Shown here: positions 25,501 to 37,538 of the stretch, piece after piece
How the letters are laid out: each line of letters starts with the position of its first letter
How positions within the stretch are numbered: position 1 is the stretch's first letter
Source: Amphiscolops sp. MND2022
Taxonomy: Eukaryota
NCBI GenBank assembly: GCA_964187785.1
Contig: OZ076409.1
Location: 83,082,001 to 83,146,000, forward strand
DNA: 64,000 nt
Reading direction: 5' to 3'
Translations under genes and position numbers: made by a program
Notes under the pieces: generated by a model
What the model saw: the letters and a program-made list of their open reading frames with translations, nothing else
Told to the model about the DNA's origin: nothing
Databases searched by the model: none

Positions 25501-26760
25501 TCATCGGGTTTGACTAATAAGATAGGATTGCTGGTGGGTGATTCACTTAGTATTCTAGCTCCCTCCTTTAAGGATCCGTAGTCCCACTAGGTTTGATTGT
25601 GTCGCTGTAATGTTTATTCGACATGTGGTCAGGTTTCATACTACTCTATTTTCTCTTTCAAATACCACCAATTTCTCTCTCAGTCTGAGTGGGCGCCGAG
25701 ACAGGCTTTTTACTCCTTCCGACAGCTCTGTTTGTACCTCCGTAAGCTAACCAAACGCGTCGCCATGCCCCCTGCTCTCCCAGGAGAGGATGATCTGGCC
25801 GGAATCCTAGATTTAGACGTGGCAACAGCACCTGCTTTGAGTGTAACTGTCTTCCTCAATCGGCTGAATTTGGTTCTAAGCAAGACCATGCTTGTAAACT
25901 GAGGGCTGAACAAGAGCAACATGAACAGAAGGGAGAGAAAACCACTATCGCCGAGCTCAAAGACAAAATCAGAGACGAGTTTGCGAGAATAGCTAGAAGC
26001 TACGTGACTCATTTATTCAAGGAGACTCGAAGTCACTTCAACTTTACTACCAACATAGCACAGGGGCTGGGCAGTTTCGATATTGAAATTATGTTGAAGT
26101 TCCCTTTGGCTCTAGCTACCAAGTGTTACCACAATTTATTTGCGACATTCAGGTTGCATGGCTATTTCACCCTCGGCCAAGAGTCTCACGGCCAGAAGGA
26201 GTATGTGTCCTTGATCGACGAGTTGCAGGTGAAAATCGCTGAATTCGACCAGCCTACGTTGTTAGTTCCTGTTACAATCGATTTCCTTATGGAACAGATC
26301 ACTTTTTCCACTTGTCCTCTCCTATTGCCAAATTTCAAGTTGGCCTGTCTCTGTCTTGATGAACCCTTTCGACCTTAGCCCCCAGTCAATTTCAGCTCGG
26401 TCAACACCGAAGACCCTGCTAGTAAGTTGGTTGACGTCGTACTGCCGGTCCAATCTTTCTTCAAGCATGTGGTCAACTCCATTGAATCCGCTACTACTGA
26501 CGCTTCCATTTCCGAGTTCCTTGAATTGGAGTCTACCTTTGGACGAAGCGCCTTAAGCGACACCTATGATCCGTGGTCAGGACTGGACAATTTTGGAAAG
26601 GCTACGATTCTGTCGAAGTTGGATCCTGACAAAATACTCCAGTGCAAAGTGAAGTGAGTAAGGGAGGAGCCACTACTTCTGTCGCCGTCCAGCAGTCGCC
26701 CAGTACCTTGAAGTACCCTAAGAAGCCATTCCGCCAAAAGCCTGCGTCAGTGCAGCAGTA
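22564..26760 (+). pseudogene. Antisense spliced gene inside element B: BED-like zinc finger + hAT-transposase-like body
   Basis: Chain of + strand ORFs; CQICKC...RHYATERH finger; GT-AG introns 24453-24604, 25090-25160 and 25455-25683. Confidence 0.7.
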
Positions 26761-26932
26761 AAAACTAATTGTACCTAGTGTAAATTTGTAAACAATGTTG
26801 TAGTGTTGTATTCATTCTGTTTGGAGTGTTTGTATATAGTTCGTATTTGCAGTGATTTATCGTCCCCAGTTAAAGTCAGATTAGTCCCAAGGTCAAAAAT
26901 AGTATGCTGGGACCGGTAACAAATCTATCTGG

Positions 26933-29900
26933 CTAGTATCTGTATTCATCAGTATAGTTGGGAGTTGGGTTAGATCGTAGGTTATATTTCGGTCCCCTAG
27001 GACTTTCATTTTCTACAATCATGTCATCATTTTCACTTTCTAATACTTCGGGCACGATAGTATCACTCCCCCTAAGGATGTTTTGTCATCTTGAAAGACT
27101 TCAGCATCATTTTCTTGTGGCATAGGGTTAGAGGGAAGTTCGTTGGTTGCGTCTCTCCCTGTGGACCGAAGGTCCACATCACTTAAAATTTGATCTGGCG
27201 GCTCTACAGTTTCAGCAGCCTCTTTACCATTATCTGCTCGTTCGTTTTGTTGATCGTAGGTCTGAGTACGATGGTCAGACTGGAAGTCTCCAAAGTTTGT
27301 TTCCCACGTGATAACGTATAAGTCATTTTGGGGAATAACAATTCCCTCATCCGGTTGTAAGTTGCCTTCAGGTCGTTCATCACGTATTGGGACGTTCAGT
27401 TCAATTTTTCGTAGGCGAATGCGGTGTATGTTTTGCGTTTTATTGGAGTTGAGTTTTCTAAGAACATGGTTTTCATTGGGCAGAACTTGCTCGATAATAT
27501 AAGGGCCTATCCATCTGAATTCCCTAACTGGGATTTTTGACACTTGATGGTCGGCTATGGGTTGTAGAAAAAACAATAATCAGTTTGTTTTAAAGGCGAT
27601 GCTTTAGCCCTCCTGTCGTAATATTCCTTGTATTTCAAGTAGAATTTCATGATGTTTTTCTTCGTAACATCAAATAAAATTTGCGTTCTTCATTGGAATT
27701 CTTCTGCAAAGTTCGTTGTTGGTAATACCGTGGGATTGGGATTGAGTCCCAATTTATGGTATAATATATTGTATGGGATACGGCCATGAAATATTCTTGA
27801 AGGCTCACAATCCAACGTCGAATGGTACGACGTGTTGTAATTTAGGACTGCCAAAGGTAGGTACTTGTGCCACTGACGTCTATAGTCCCTGAGGCCATTT
27901 TGAGATTTGTTTTGAGACTAGCATGAGTCCTTTCAAGCTTCCCTATGGTCTGCGGGTGTTTTGTCGTCGCACATCTAATTTGGATTCCCAATATTTGTGC
28001 GATTTGAGCAACTAACTTTGAAGTAGAGGCTGATCTTTTATCTGTAATCAAAGTCGTCGGCAAATAAGTGTGTCTGGTCATGATGTCAATGATGAACTTA
28101 GCCGTATTTGTCGCTGAAGCATCCGCGACTGGGTAAGCAAAAAAATAGCGCGAGAAGACGTCTTTAGCGGTAATGATGTTTTCGTATCCCCCGCTTGGTG
28201 GAAGGTTTGGTAAAAGGTCTATTTGCATTGCGTCTTGTGGACCCTAGGTCCACTTCGGTAGATTGAGTAACTCAGGAGTTATTTGGTCGTTGCTAAGTTT
28301 CTTGTCTTTAATGCAAGTTTCACATCCATTTACCCACTTGTGGACAAGTTTTGCTTTTTCAGGGTAATAAAATTTGGATCTAATTTCCTGTAACATTTTG
28401 GCACCGTCCGGATGTCTTTTTGCCTTCCCGTGAAGGGATTCAAGTAATTCGGTCATTAGGTGTTTTGGCAGCAGTACTTTATTGTATTTGACACTTCCCG
28501 TTTCGTCATAGTACTGTCTGGTGATAATTTCGCCTTGGATGGACATCCGGTCTAGTTGACGTAGGTAATGTTGGTATCTTGTGTCTTGTAAGAGGATTGT
28601 TTCGGAGTACTTCTCTTTCTGAATTTTAAGTTTGAGTTGTTGTAAACTTACGTCGTTATTTTGCTCTATAGCCAAGGTGTTGATATTGTCTAGTTTTTGG
28701 CAAAATGACAAGTGATGATAATTGCTGTTATGGGTGGTAAATTTTTCAAAAGAAATATCTGGCAATTGATTGATAGGACTATCCCTGCTTGTTTCTTTCG
28801 TTGCCAGATTTGCACTTCTGTTTCGTCATCGTCTTCGGTATAGAAGATTTGTTCTTCTTCAGTGACCCCCGGATTGGACGTGAAGTTCAATTGGCGTTGT
28901 GGGGATATCTTCTCTAATGCGAAGAGTTATTTTTTTTGGTGAGACCTCCAGGCGTAATAAATAATCCGCGGCTGTATTGTTCTTGCCAGGGATGTGTGCA
29001 ATTGTGAAATTGAATTGAATAACGTAATCAACCGCGTTCCACAGTGTAGGCGGAATTACCTTTGTTTGAAAGAACCGTGTGACTGATTTGTTATCTGTTA
29101 GTATTATTACCGGTTTTGGTGTGCCCCAAAAGATATGTCCAAATTCCTTGGAGGCAAAGAGTATTGCTAAAAAATTTTTCGCGTAAATTGAAATTTTCAA
29201 CTGTGCAGGACTGAAGGTCTTCGAACCGTAAGCGACCGGAACAAATGCTTTTCGCGTTGAAGTATATTTCTCTTCTGGGTCATCTTCAATTAGGACTGCG
29301 TACCCAGCGGCCGTGAAACTGGCGTCGGTCAAAAGAGCTATTTGTTTGTTCGGTGGTGGTTATTTGAGTGCTAATTCACAACATCGGTCAAGGGCCTTAT
29401 TAATGTCAGCGAGTTTTTTAACAATTCCGGTGTCACCAGTACTTTTTTTGTCAATTTTTAAAAGTTTAAAAAATGGTTTTAACTTTTCTGAAAGCCTGGG
29501 GATATAATTTTGATAGTAGTTAAGAAACCCCAGGTATTTTTGTAAGGTTTTCTTGGATTTTGGGATATTTGTGTTTTGAAGAAAATTTTGGACTCGAGGT
29601 TGTTGCGGACGTACGCCGACTGGAGTGATTGTCCTGCCCAGGAAGTCAATTTCCTTTGCACCAAAATGACGTTTGTGCATTGTAAGTTTCAATCGTGCCT
29701 CTTTAATGCATTGAAACGTAGCTCGTAGGTTTTTTATGAGCTGTGCAGCATCATTTGCGGGAATGCCAATGTCGTCGACATATTGGGCACATTGGTCAGC
29801 CTTGATCACTCTATCGAGGTATTCGCGCATAAAACTTGAAAATGCTGATAAAGCGCGGCTGAGTCCTTGTGCTAATCAGCGATATGCAAACGTTCTGCTG

Positions 29901-31957
29901 GGAAAAATGAATGCCAACATTTCAATGGACCGTTGGTCCGCCATCTGCAGGCAATGGTATGCTTGCGAGCAGTCCAATTCGCAGAACAGCTTTTTGCCTG
30001 CCATGTGTTGAGCTGCATCGGTAAACGTGCTGACGGGATGGTTGTTGTTGATATAGTCGTCAGAAATGAGATTGTTGATTTTGCGGAGGTCGACTAGTAA
30101 TCGTAATTTGCCGTTAGGTTTCTTTTGGGCAAAGATCGAGCTAGCGTACTTAGAGAATGGGAGGGTTGTTATTATCCCGTATCGTTGTAAGAGTGCCAAT
30201 TCGACAAGGATATCTTCCTTGATATTAATACGTGTTGGTAGACTTTGACTATAGGCCGGCGAATTGTCTTTGGGGGTTAATATAACCTTGAATTCCTTAT
30301 TCATGCCTATGTCGAATCGATGCCTAGCGAATATGTCATCGAATTCAACTAGCAAGTCTTCAATTTTTGCAACTTCTTCCGGTTGCAGCATAGAGTCAGT
30401 CCAATCAAAGTTGGTCAGGAATTGTCGTCTTGACTCAGGGTCATCCTGAGGATTGAGTTTTTCGAGCTCCTGAAGATTTTGTAGCTCTGTCAAAATATGT
30501 TTCTGTATAGGTGTATGTTGTTGCGGATCCCCGGGGTCTTCCGGAGTTGGAAACCAATATTTCTCTTGGGAATGTTCTAATTTAGAAGATTTAATCAAGC
30601 TGCTAACGTAAAAGGCAGCATTTTCAAGATTGTCTTGTAGTAGGTGCCATGTGGTCACCGGGTCAATAGGTTTGACATATTTCATCTGTCCTGGGGTCAT
30701 GACAGAGAAATTAGCGACATGCGAACCTCTCTTGAGAGGATAAGGGTGGTCAAGGAAGTTATTGAGGTAAATTTCAACTTGACCTGTGGTCAATGTGACC
30801 ATTGCCGCACAAAAGGCAACATCGCCATCTTCAGTGAGTGCATTGCTCGGCTGCAGAATTCCCGTAACAGCGGTGTCTATCATACAGTTGTGATATTAAA
30901 GTGACTAATTGCCTATCAATAGGAGGAATAATAATGTCTTCCCGCGTACATATCGGCCTTCTGACGTTGGTTGACTTGTGATCCGCTGTCTTCAACTGCA
31001 TGGAGAAGAACGGGAAAATTAGGACTCCTTGTCTCATATCCAATATGGTATTGTTTCGTTATAGGAACGAGAGACCAATCAACGGACTCGTCAATTTCTC
31101 CATTACAATGAAGATTTCGTGAAATTCTATGTCGCCGACCTCGAATTTCAACTCGACTGTGCTTTTCGGAGTTTCCAATTGCCCATTTGCTACCATTTTT
31201 TGGAAATTGGGCGCTAGGCCCTCTTTGACAATTGACTGAGGGGCTAATAATCGAATTTTACGTAGATCAGCTTCGGGGATTGCGCTAGATAGGGCCCCCG
31301 TGTCCACGAGGCCATCTAATGTAAGTTCGCCAGAATCCATAGGAAAATAGAGCATTCGTCGTTTATATTTGAGTCCAAGGTTGGTTGTCAGCGGTACATA
31401 GTCTGGTTCTCCATTCCTGTTGACCAGAGTGTTCACAAATCGTGCTTCGACAGCTGTAGTTAACGAGACTTGTGGTCGAGTTGGGTAGAGTTGGTGTGCT
31501 TGTTCGTCTTGTGATGGTAAGGCACAAGTATTGATTTTCATTTGCCATGGGTCAACTGATGCCCTTGATAAGTAAGGGTTTAGGGTTGCATCAGTCGCAT
31601 GGCAATCAGGTTCTATAATTCAATGGGTTTTGTAAAATTGTTGTGAAAATGCAATGCGTTCTGATCGTAGAGTTGAATGTCCCAGTAGGGGTCTAAACCA
31701 TAGGCGGGATCAATGTAATAGGGGTTGTAGTTAGGTATTGATGGGAGGTGACGGATAGAGTTGTTAGTCGAGTCGAGTCTGTCGGACTTGTGGTCCGGAG
31801 TAGAATATTGAGTAGGGCAGGTTCTCATTTGCTGCTGCCAGTCAGCTGATGAGAACCCTTTAAGTGAAGAATAGTATTCAGTGTAAAATATGGTAGAAGG
31901 GTCAGATATTTTATATTGTCTGACGCGCATTTTTTCATTCAATTGGAGTCGTGGCAA
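26933..31957 (-). pseudogene. pol: Pol of element B (PR-RT-RNaseH-IN), multiply frameshifted
   Basis: LVDTGA protease; KLRLLVDLRKIN and YVDD RT; TDASF...TDNKS RNase H; H...H...CETC, QIDL, ITDK and KLERTH integrase; WIGPY. Confidence 0.93.
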
Positions 31958-31959
31958 AT

Positions 31960-33576
31960 CTAGTTTTTCGATTTTTTGAGAATGGAAGTTGTCTGTTTAC
32001 TGTTTTTTGTCATTTTGGCTGGTGACGATTCGTCTTGTTTGGCGTCCTCCATCTTAAGGTTTTTGGGCTTGAGGTGGGCTCCAGCACCTTTCCAACAGCG
32101 TTCCGCCGGGTGAATAGTTTTGTCGCAAGTTGGACATTTTTGATATTCTTTTTTGGTAGCCTGTCCGTCATTGCGGCGTTGTTCTTCTTTCCTTTTGAGT
32201 TTTCGGCAGTCATCTTTGACGTGTCCTGGTTTTTTGCAATAGTTGCAGGTGACATTCGGATCGATGCCAGACAAAAGAAGGCCAGTTCCCGGTCGTGTTG
32301 CTGTAGGGGCGATAGACATTGTGGCTACGGGAATGTCGTCACCTCCCTCAAGTCCGTTAAATTCTAATTTGCGTTCTAAGTGGGTGACAATTTCTTCATA
32401 TGAGGCATTTTCTAGACGTGCCATATTCACTGACCTCTTGAGTTTCGGTGGCGATTTGGCGTATAGAAGGCTATCAATCATGGCTTGGGCATTTCCGCCA
32501 AACGCTTGTTCTGCTCCCTGATTAAACCCTCAAGGAAATCCGGTAACTTCATGGTGTTTGGGTCAAACACTAGTTTGTGCCATTTGTGTTTGGCAGTTGC
32601 TTGGGATTCTGGTTTGACATACTTTCGTCTAAAGACTGCTAGTACATCTTTCAGTGTCTGCAGATTGGCAAAGGTAACATTGCGGAAAATTTGCAGTGCT
32701 TTTTTGCGTAATAAAGAGTGGAAATGATTGATCTTCATGGATTCAGTCATTTCTGGTTGCATTTTGATCATGGTATGAAAAAGATCTTCAAAAAGGTCAA
32801 ATTTCTCTGATTTCCCGTCGAATGTTAATGTGGTAGTGCTAACGGGTCGTACCATGAGTGTTTGCGCTGATGGTTTACAGTTCATGCCAACTAACACATC
32901 CGCAAGGCGTCTGATGGGATCAGAGTTGGTATTGGGCTCTTGGATCAAAGGGATATTTTCTGAGGGTTGACCTTGTGATAGATCTTGATTTCGTGTATCG
33001 TTTCGGGAGTGCATGGGCCATCCAGTAAGAAATTCAGGAACCGTGTGGGGGGTACGGTTGGCTCCTGTCACCATGTCGTGAATATTGGTCATCATTACGT
33101 GGCCTTCGTCACTTGATTGGGAAATATCTGAGTTTTCCCGAAAGTAGTTTTGTTTACTACTATTAGTTAACATTGGTTTTGACTTGTTTTTCCATGCATT
33201 TCCAATAATTTCCTCTTCGGCGGTCCTTAATAACAGAGTTTAATGCCTCCATTATCTGTGAATTCAAGTCTTTCCTCAGTCCATCCATTTGTTTGGAGAT
33301 TTCAGAACTAACTAGTCTCATATTCTCAACGGTTGACTCACTGTTTTCTCTACTATTAGAGTTTAAGAGTGGCCTAAAATCCTCACCGTTCTGCACTAAG
33401 TCATGTCTAGTCCTATCAGACTCATGGTCCACTTCGTTATTTCTTTCCTTTGAGTTACTTTCCAGTTCGTTTCTCGAGTATGTGCCTAACATTATATCTA
33501 AGTTCTCTGTATCAGACATCATTTCCACTTGTTTAGAGCGTTTTTCCTTCGCTCGTTGCTTTCTAGTTGAAGGCAT
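31960..33576 (-). pseudogene. gag: Gag of element B (frameshifted), starting inside the 5' LTR
   Basis: ORFs 33163-33576, 32478-33173 and 31960-32481; two CCHC knuckles CNYCKKPGHVKDDC and CPTCDKTIHPAERC. Confidence 0.88.
33056..33073 (-). promoter_or_regulatory. Primer-binding site of element B
   Basis: TGGTGACAGGAG directly after the CA end of the 5' LTR; same sequence at 63846. Confidence 0.85.
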
Positions 33577-36513
33577 TGATAAGATCTCTGTTCAAGCAAT
33601 AGTTTATTGTTGATCAATTTAATATTGAACTAAACAGAAACAGAAATGAATTTTACAGGTTTTGTAACACAATTGGCGAATGTACTGAGAGAGATTAGAC
33701 TTTTGGTCAGTTTCATAACTGCAGTTTTAGCACTTGATTGTGAGAGTTGAATGTCGTCTGTTGTAAGATATCAAGAATAATGATCCTGGGGTTCTCGGGT
33801 CTCCCGTATAAACACTTGGGAGAGCATGACAAGCAATTTTCTTGGGGTCAAGCTTCTAAATATAGCTACAAATCTAGGGTGAAACATCCTCGCGGGCGGC
33901 ACGTCATTATTACGTCAGATTAAAAACAGAAATTGTTGGAGTTAACGCTCCTTGCGGGTTCTACTTCTTCTAATCCATCATTAGGGTTTTCACCAATTTC
34001 AGTCACAAGGGTTGAGAAATTTTGTCCAGGATTCACACTGGTTAAGTTGTCAACTTTGGAAGACAAATTTCCAATCAACTTTAGTATTTCACGTTGGTTC
34101 ACCTCGGTGTCCCTAAGACGCTTGGATAGTCTCTTTTCTACCTTGCTGGAGATATCCTCGAATTCTCTATCTGATAATAAGACGTTCTCATCGTTAGTTG
34201 AACTAGCTTTTTCTTCATCTATTTGACTAGTGCTCTGGTCACTCCTTAACTTTCTTTTCTGAGTCTTTTCAGGCATTTCTCCGAGAAAATGTTTGTTTTA
34301 AGAAACAGCTGAAAAAAGTATTTTCGGCAGTTATAGGCCTCAAACTATTCCCAAACGGAGTCAATTATTCAAAGGAACAAAATCCAAATTTTAACGAGCA
34401 ATTTTAAGCAATTGGGATGGTGAATAACAAACAATTTTAAAGGCAGCGATTGCCAAAGTAAACGAAATTACAAAAATATTCGAACTTGAAGGTGAGCGTT
34501 TTGCAAAATCATTAAAATAAACTGGTCCTTTCCTTAACCCGCTTCAGGTATAAATACTTTTCGCTAGACACGCGGGATAAATCCCGCGCGTGAATTCACA
34601 CCTTGTTCAGCTCGGCGTCTATCCGAGGCAGGGCCCTCCAATTAGGTCCGATTCCTCGGGACTAGGCTTTCGGCTTCAACTCACTTCAAAGGAAAAGTGG
34701 GAATCAACTTCCTGCCGAGTCCCAATTCCGCGTTACTTCCTTCTTCATTCCCCGCCAATTCAAGACGTCGAACCGAAGTTGGCACTGAAAATTCATGAAC
34801 CTAGCTACTGAAGCGGGAAAAGAAAGTGAAATTATCATCGAGTAATCCCAAATTTTACTGCTAATAAATTAAGGAAAACTTTAAATAAATAAATTTACAG
34901 CACTGATTTGTTTTAAATCAGACGATTATGGCCGTTAATTGGCGTTTTAAATTGAAGCGAACAATAAAGTCCTGGATGAACGCCAGGTAAAGTGTTTCAT
35001 TTAGAGTAGCCTGGCCGGTTGACCGGGCGGTTGACTCAACTTATACATGAACAAAACACTGCATGTGGTGGCTGAATAATAGCACTGGGGGGTTGTTTTA
35101 CTACGGTACTATCAAATATTATATCCAACAAGGACGACCTTGCAATTCAGGTAGCTAGAATTTATGTATTAATTAAATACGTTCGGTCATCTGCACAGGC
35201 TGTTGTCTTATTAGAGAAAGTTAGCGCTTTGCCTGGGAAGTTGACTCAAATCCAAGGTGGATCAAACACATCAAAAATACTTCAAAGATCGTCGATTAGT
35301 ATTTATTGGATGCTCTTTTGGTATTTAGCTTCTTTTAAGCTGTGAAGAATTCGTCCAAAATTAGCATCGATTATTTATGGTTGATTGATCAGGTAGTGTG
35401 ACTGAGCGTGCGTCCCAGCTTCAGCGGACTGGTAAGCTGCCTGGGACGTTGACTCAATTCTTCAATTTGTATTAACTGCGCTCAAATCTGATTGGCTAAT
35501 GCGGGTGGATTTATTGAAATTTACTGCTGCCGCTGAGACAAGTCCCCAGTCGACGCGTTGATCGAATTAATTTCGGTCGGCGCGCTGGCTTGTTAACTGA
35601 ACAAATACTGCATTCACTAATATTACATAATTATTTTCATATCTATGTATTTTAGGTACAGCACAGTGAAGAAAATTGTAGGTTTGCGTGTTATTTAAAT
35701 AATATCAGGTTGTTCATTGGTCTTCTATTTTAGATTTGTTCATGGTAATTCTGACCTGTCCTGGTCGTTTTCCTCACTTCCTTCTTCAGGCGTTCCTCTT
35801 GTTATATGTGTTCCGTGACACCTCTGGGGTCGCGACACAAATACTACATGACTTAATTCTAAAATTAGATGTAAAGGAAACGAAATTGACAGCACTCGGG
35901 AGGCAGATTATTTACATAAACTAGTACTACTAATAGTATTACATGTAACTGCATAATATGGACCTGCAGTCTAAGCATCTAAGTAGGACTAAATGAAATA
36001 GCACGTAAATGAATGAATGAATACTGCTCTAATTGGTTGATTAGTATGCGGACTACGCGTCCGAATTGACCACTGCAGCGGACAATTCGAACGCGTTTTC
36101 TTTCAACTTAGCAGTTGCTTCATCTATTATTGTTCATATTACGTTTGCAATTGAAATATCTAGCTATACTGGTTTACATGTGAGAATATTAATACATTCA
36201 AAAATATACGTGTATAGAAATGCATAATAGACACAGTCTAATAAGCGTAGTAAAATCATATCTTCATTTACATGACTTACTCCGCAATAACATTCCAAAT
36301 ACATGTCACAGTTAGGCGAGTGAAACCGACGGTCCATAAGTATATAAATTAACGCTGAACCAGTTTATAATAAAAGTTTGTAGAGTTTCCTCTAAAATGG
36401 ACTGATGGTCTGCGCGTCCTAGAGTGGCAATACACCAGGCGGAACGGATAGATCATCGCAAGTGTTAGGGGCTACTTGGTACCAATTTCCATCGCAGGCG
36501 GGAGCCTGCGACA
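33074..36513 (-). repeat. 5' LTR of element B, split by a nested solo LTR
   Basis: Matches 19004-20569 except for the insertion at 33934-35837. Confidence 0.92.
33934..35837 (-). mobile_element. Solo LTR of a different Gypsy family (1904 bp)
   Basis: TG...CA ends, flanked by GAAAT/CAAAT, absent from the partner LTR, carries a gag-N-terminus-like ORF (33920-34276) at its 3' end. Confidence 0.82.
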
Positions 36514-37538
36514 GCATGTCAGAATGACAACAAATTATTCGAAAAATTTAAAATTGTAATTTTTTCGATAGATTTTGTGGGTTGGAACGCTAAAGCAGTT
36601 AAACTACTAATATATTCGTTTCAAATGCGCCTTTTTGGAGATACATGCAGTTTCTTGGAAAAAATAACTCCAAATGACTCATTTTGGTTTTTTCGGATTG
36701 ATCACATAGATTGAGGCCGGAGCTCAATCTATTTGATCAATCCAAAAAAGTCCAATTTTTGACTTTTTTGCAACTTTTGTAAGTTTTCAAACGTCTCGTG
36801 GGTTAGAAACGTTCAGCAACGAACAAAACGTTGTCCAATAGGCTTTTTTCAAATTTTCTGATCTATGTTACGTTATGATAATCGTTACCATGAACATTTT
36901 ATAGCATTTCATAGTTCATCATTTTCGATTCTGGGGGTTTATCCTGAGTTAGATTCGACAGAACTTACAATATGGAGTGATAAACATTCTTCAGAATTGG
37001 CACGACCGTTTTTCATTGCACTTTTTTGAATGCCAAGCATAACAAAGTTGAAACGTTGGGTGCCAATTGTCGAAAGCAGTTTTTAATCACTACCACTTTC
37101 ACCGATCTTGGTGGCTCCCAAACAGAGAATCCAGGAAATTCACTAAAATTGCGCGTGTACATGTAAACGTGACCTAAACATATTTCCTTCATGCTTTGAG
37201 TCATTTTTGTCGGTCTATGTCTATGCGCTGGAAAATACAAAAGAATATACAATGAAATAAAAAAGATACTTTCCCCAAGTCTTGAACTCAAGCAACTTGA
37301 GAACGTTTTCGAGTTCCACTTCCGAGTTCCACAAAAAGCGCCAACGTCAATAGTGACCACCCTCAGAATACCAATCTATCTTATCTATGCTTGATGTATT
37401 TACTTTAAACTTTTTCCCGAGTCGCTTGATCATTGGTGGCATTTCAAAACAGAAAATATAAAACATCAATTAGGTTAGTCATTACTTTGTGATTAACAAT
37501 ATTTTGTTCATCATTTCGTCGTCCAATCACATGGTTAT

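Larger units (their letters stand above)
19004..36513 (-). mobile_element. Full-length Ty3/Gypsy LTR retrotransposon B (17.5 kb, coding-defective)
   Basis: Direct LTRs with TGTCG...CGACA ends, 5-bp TSD GCATG at 18999-19003 and 36514-36518, PBS, PPT, gag-PR-RT-RH-IN. Confidence 0.96.
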
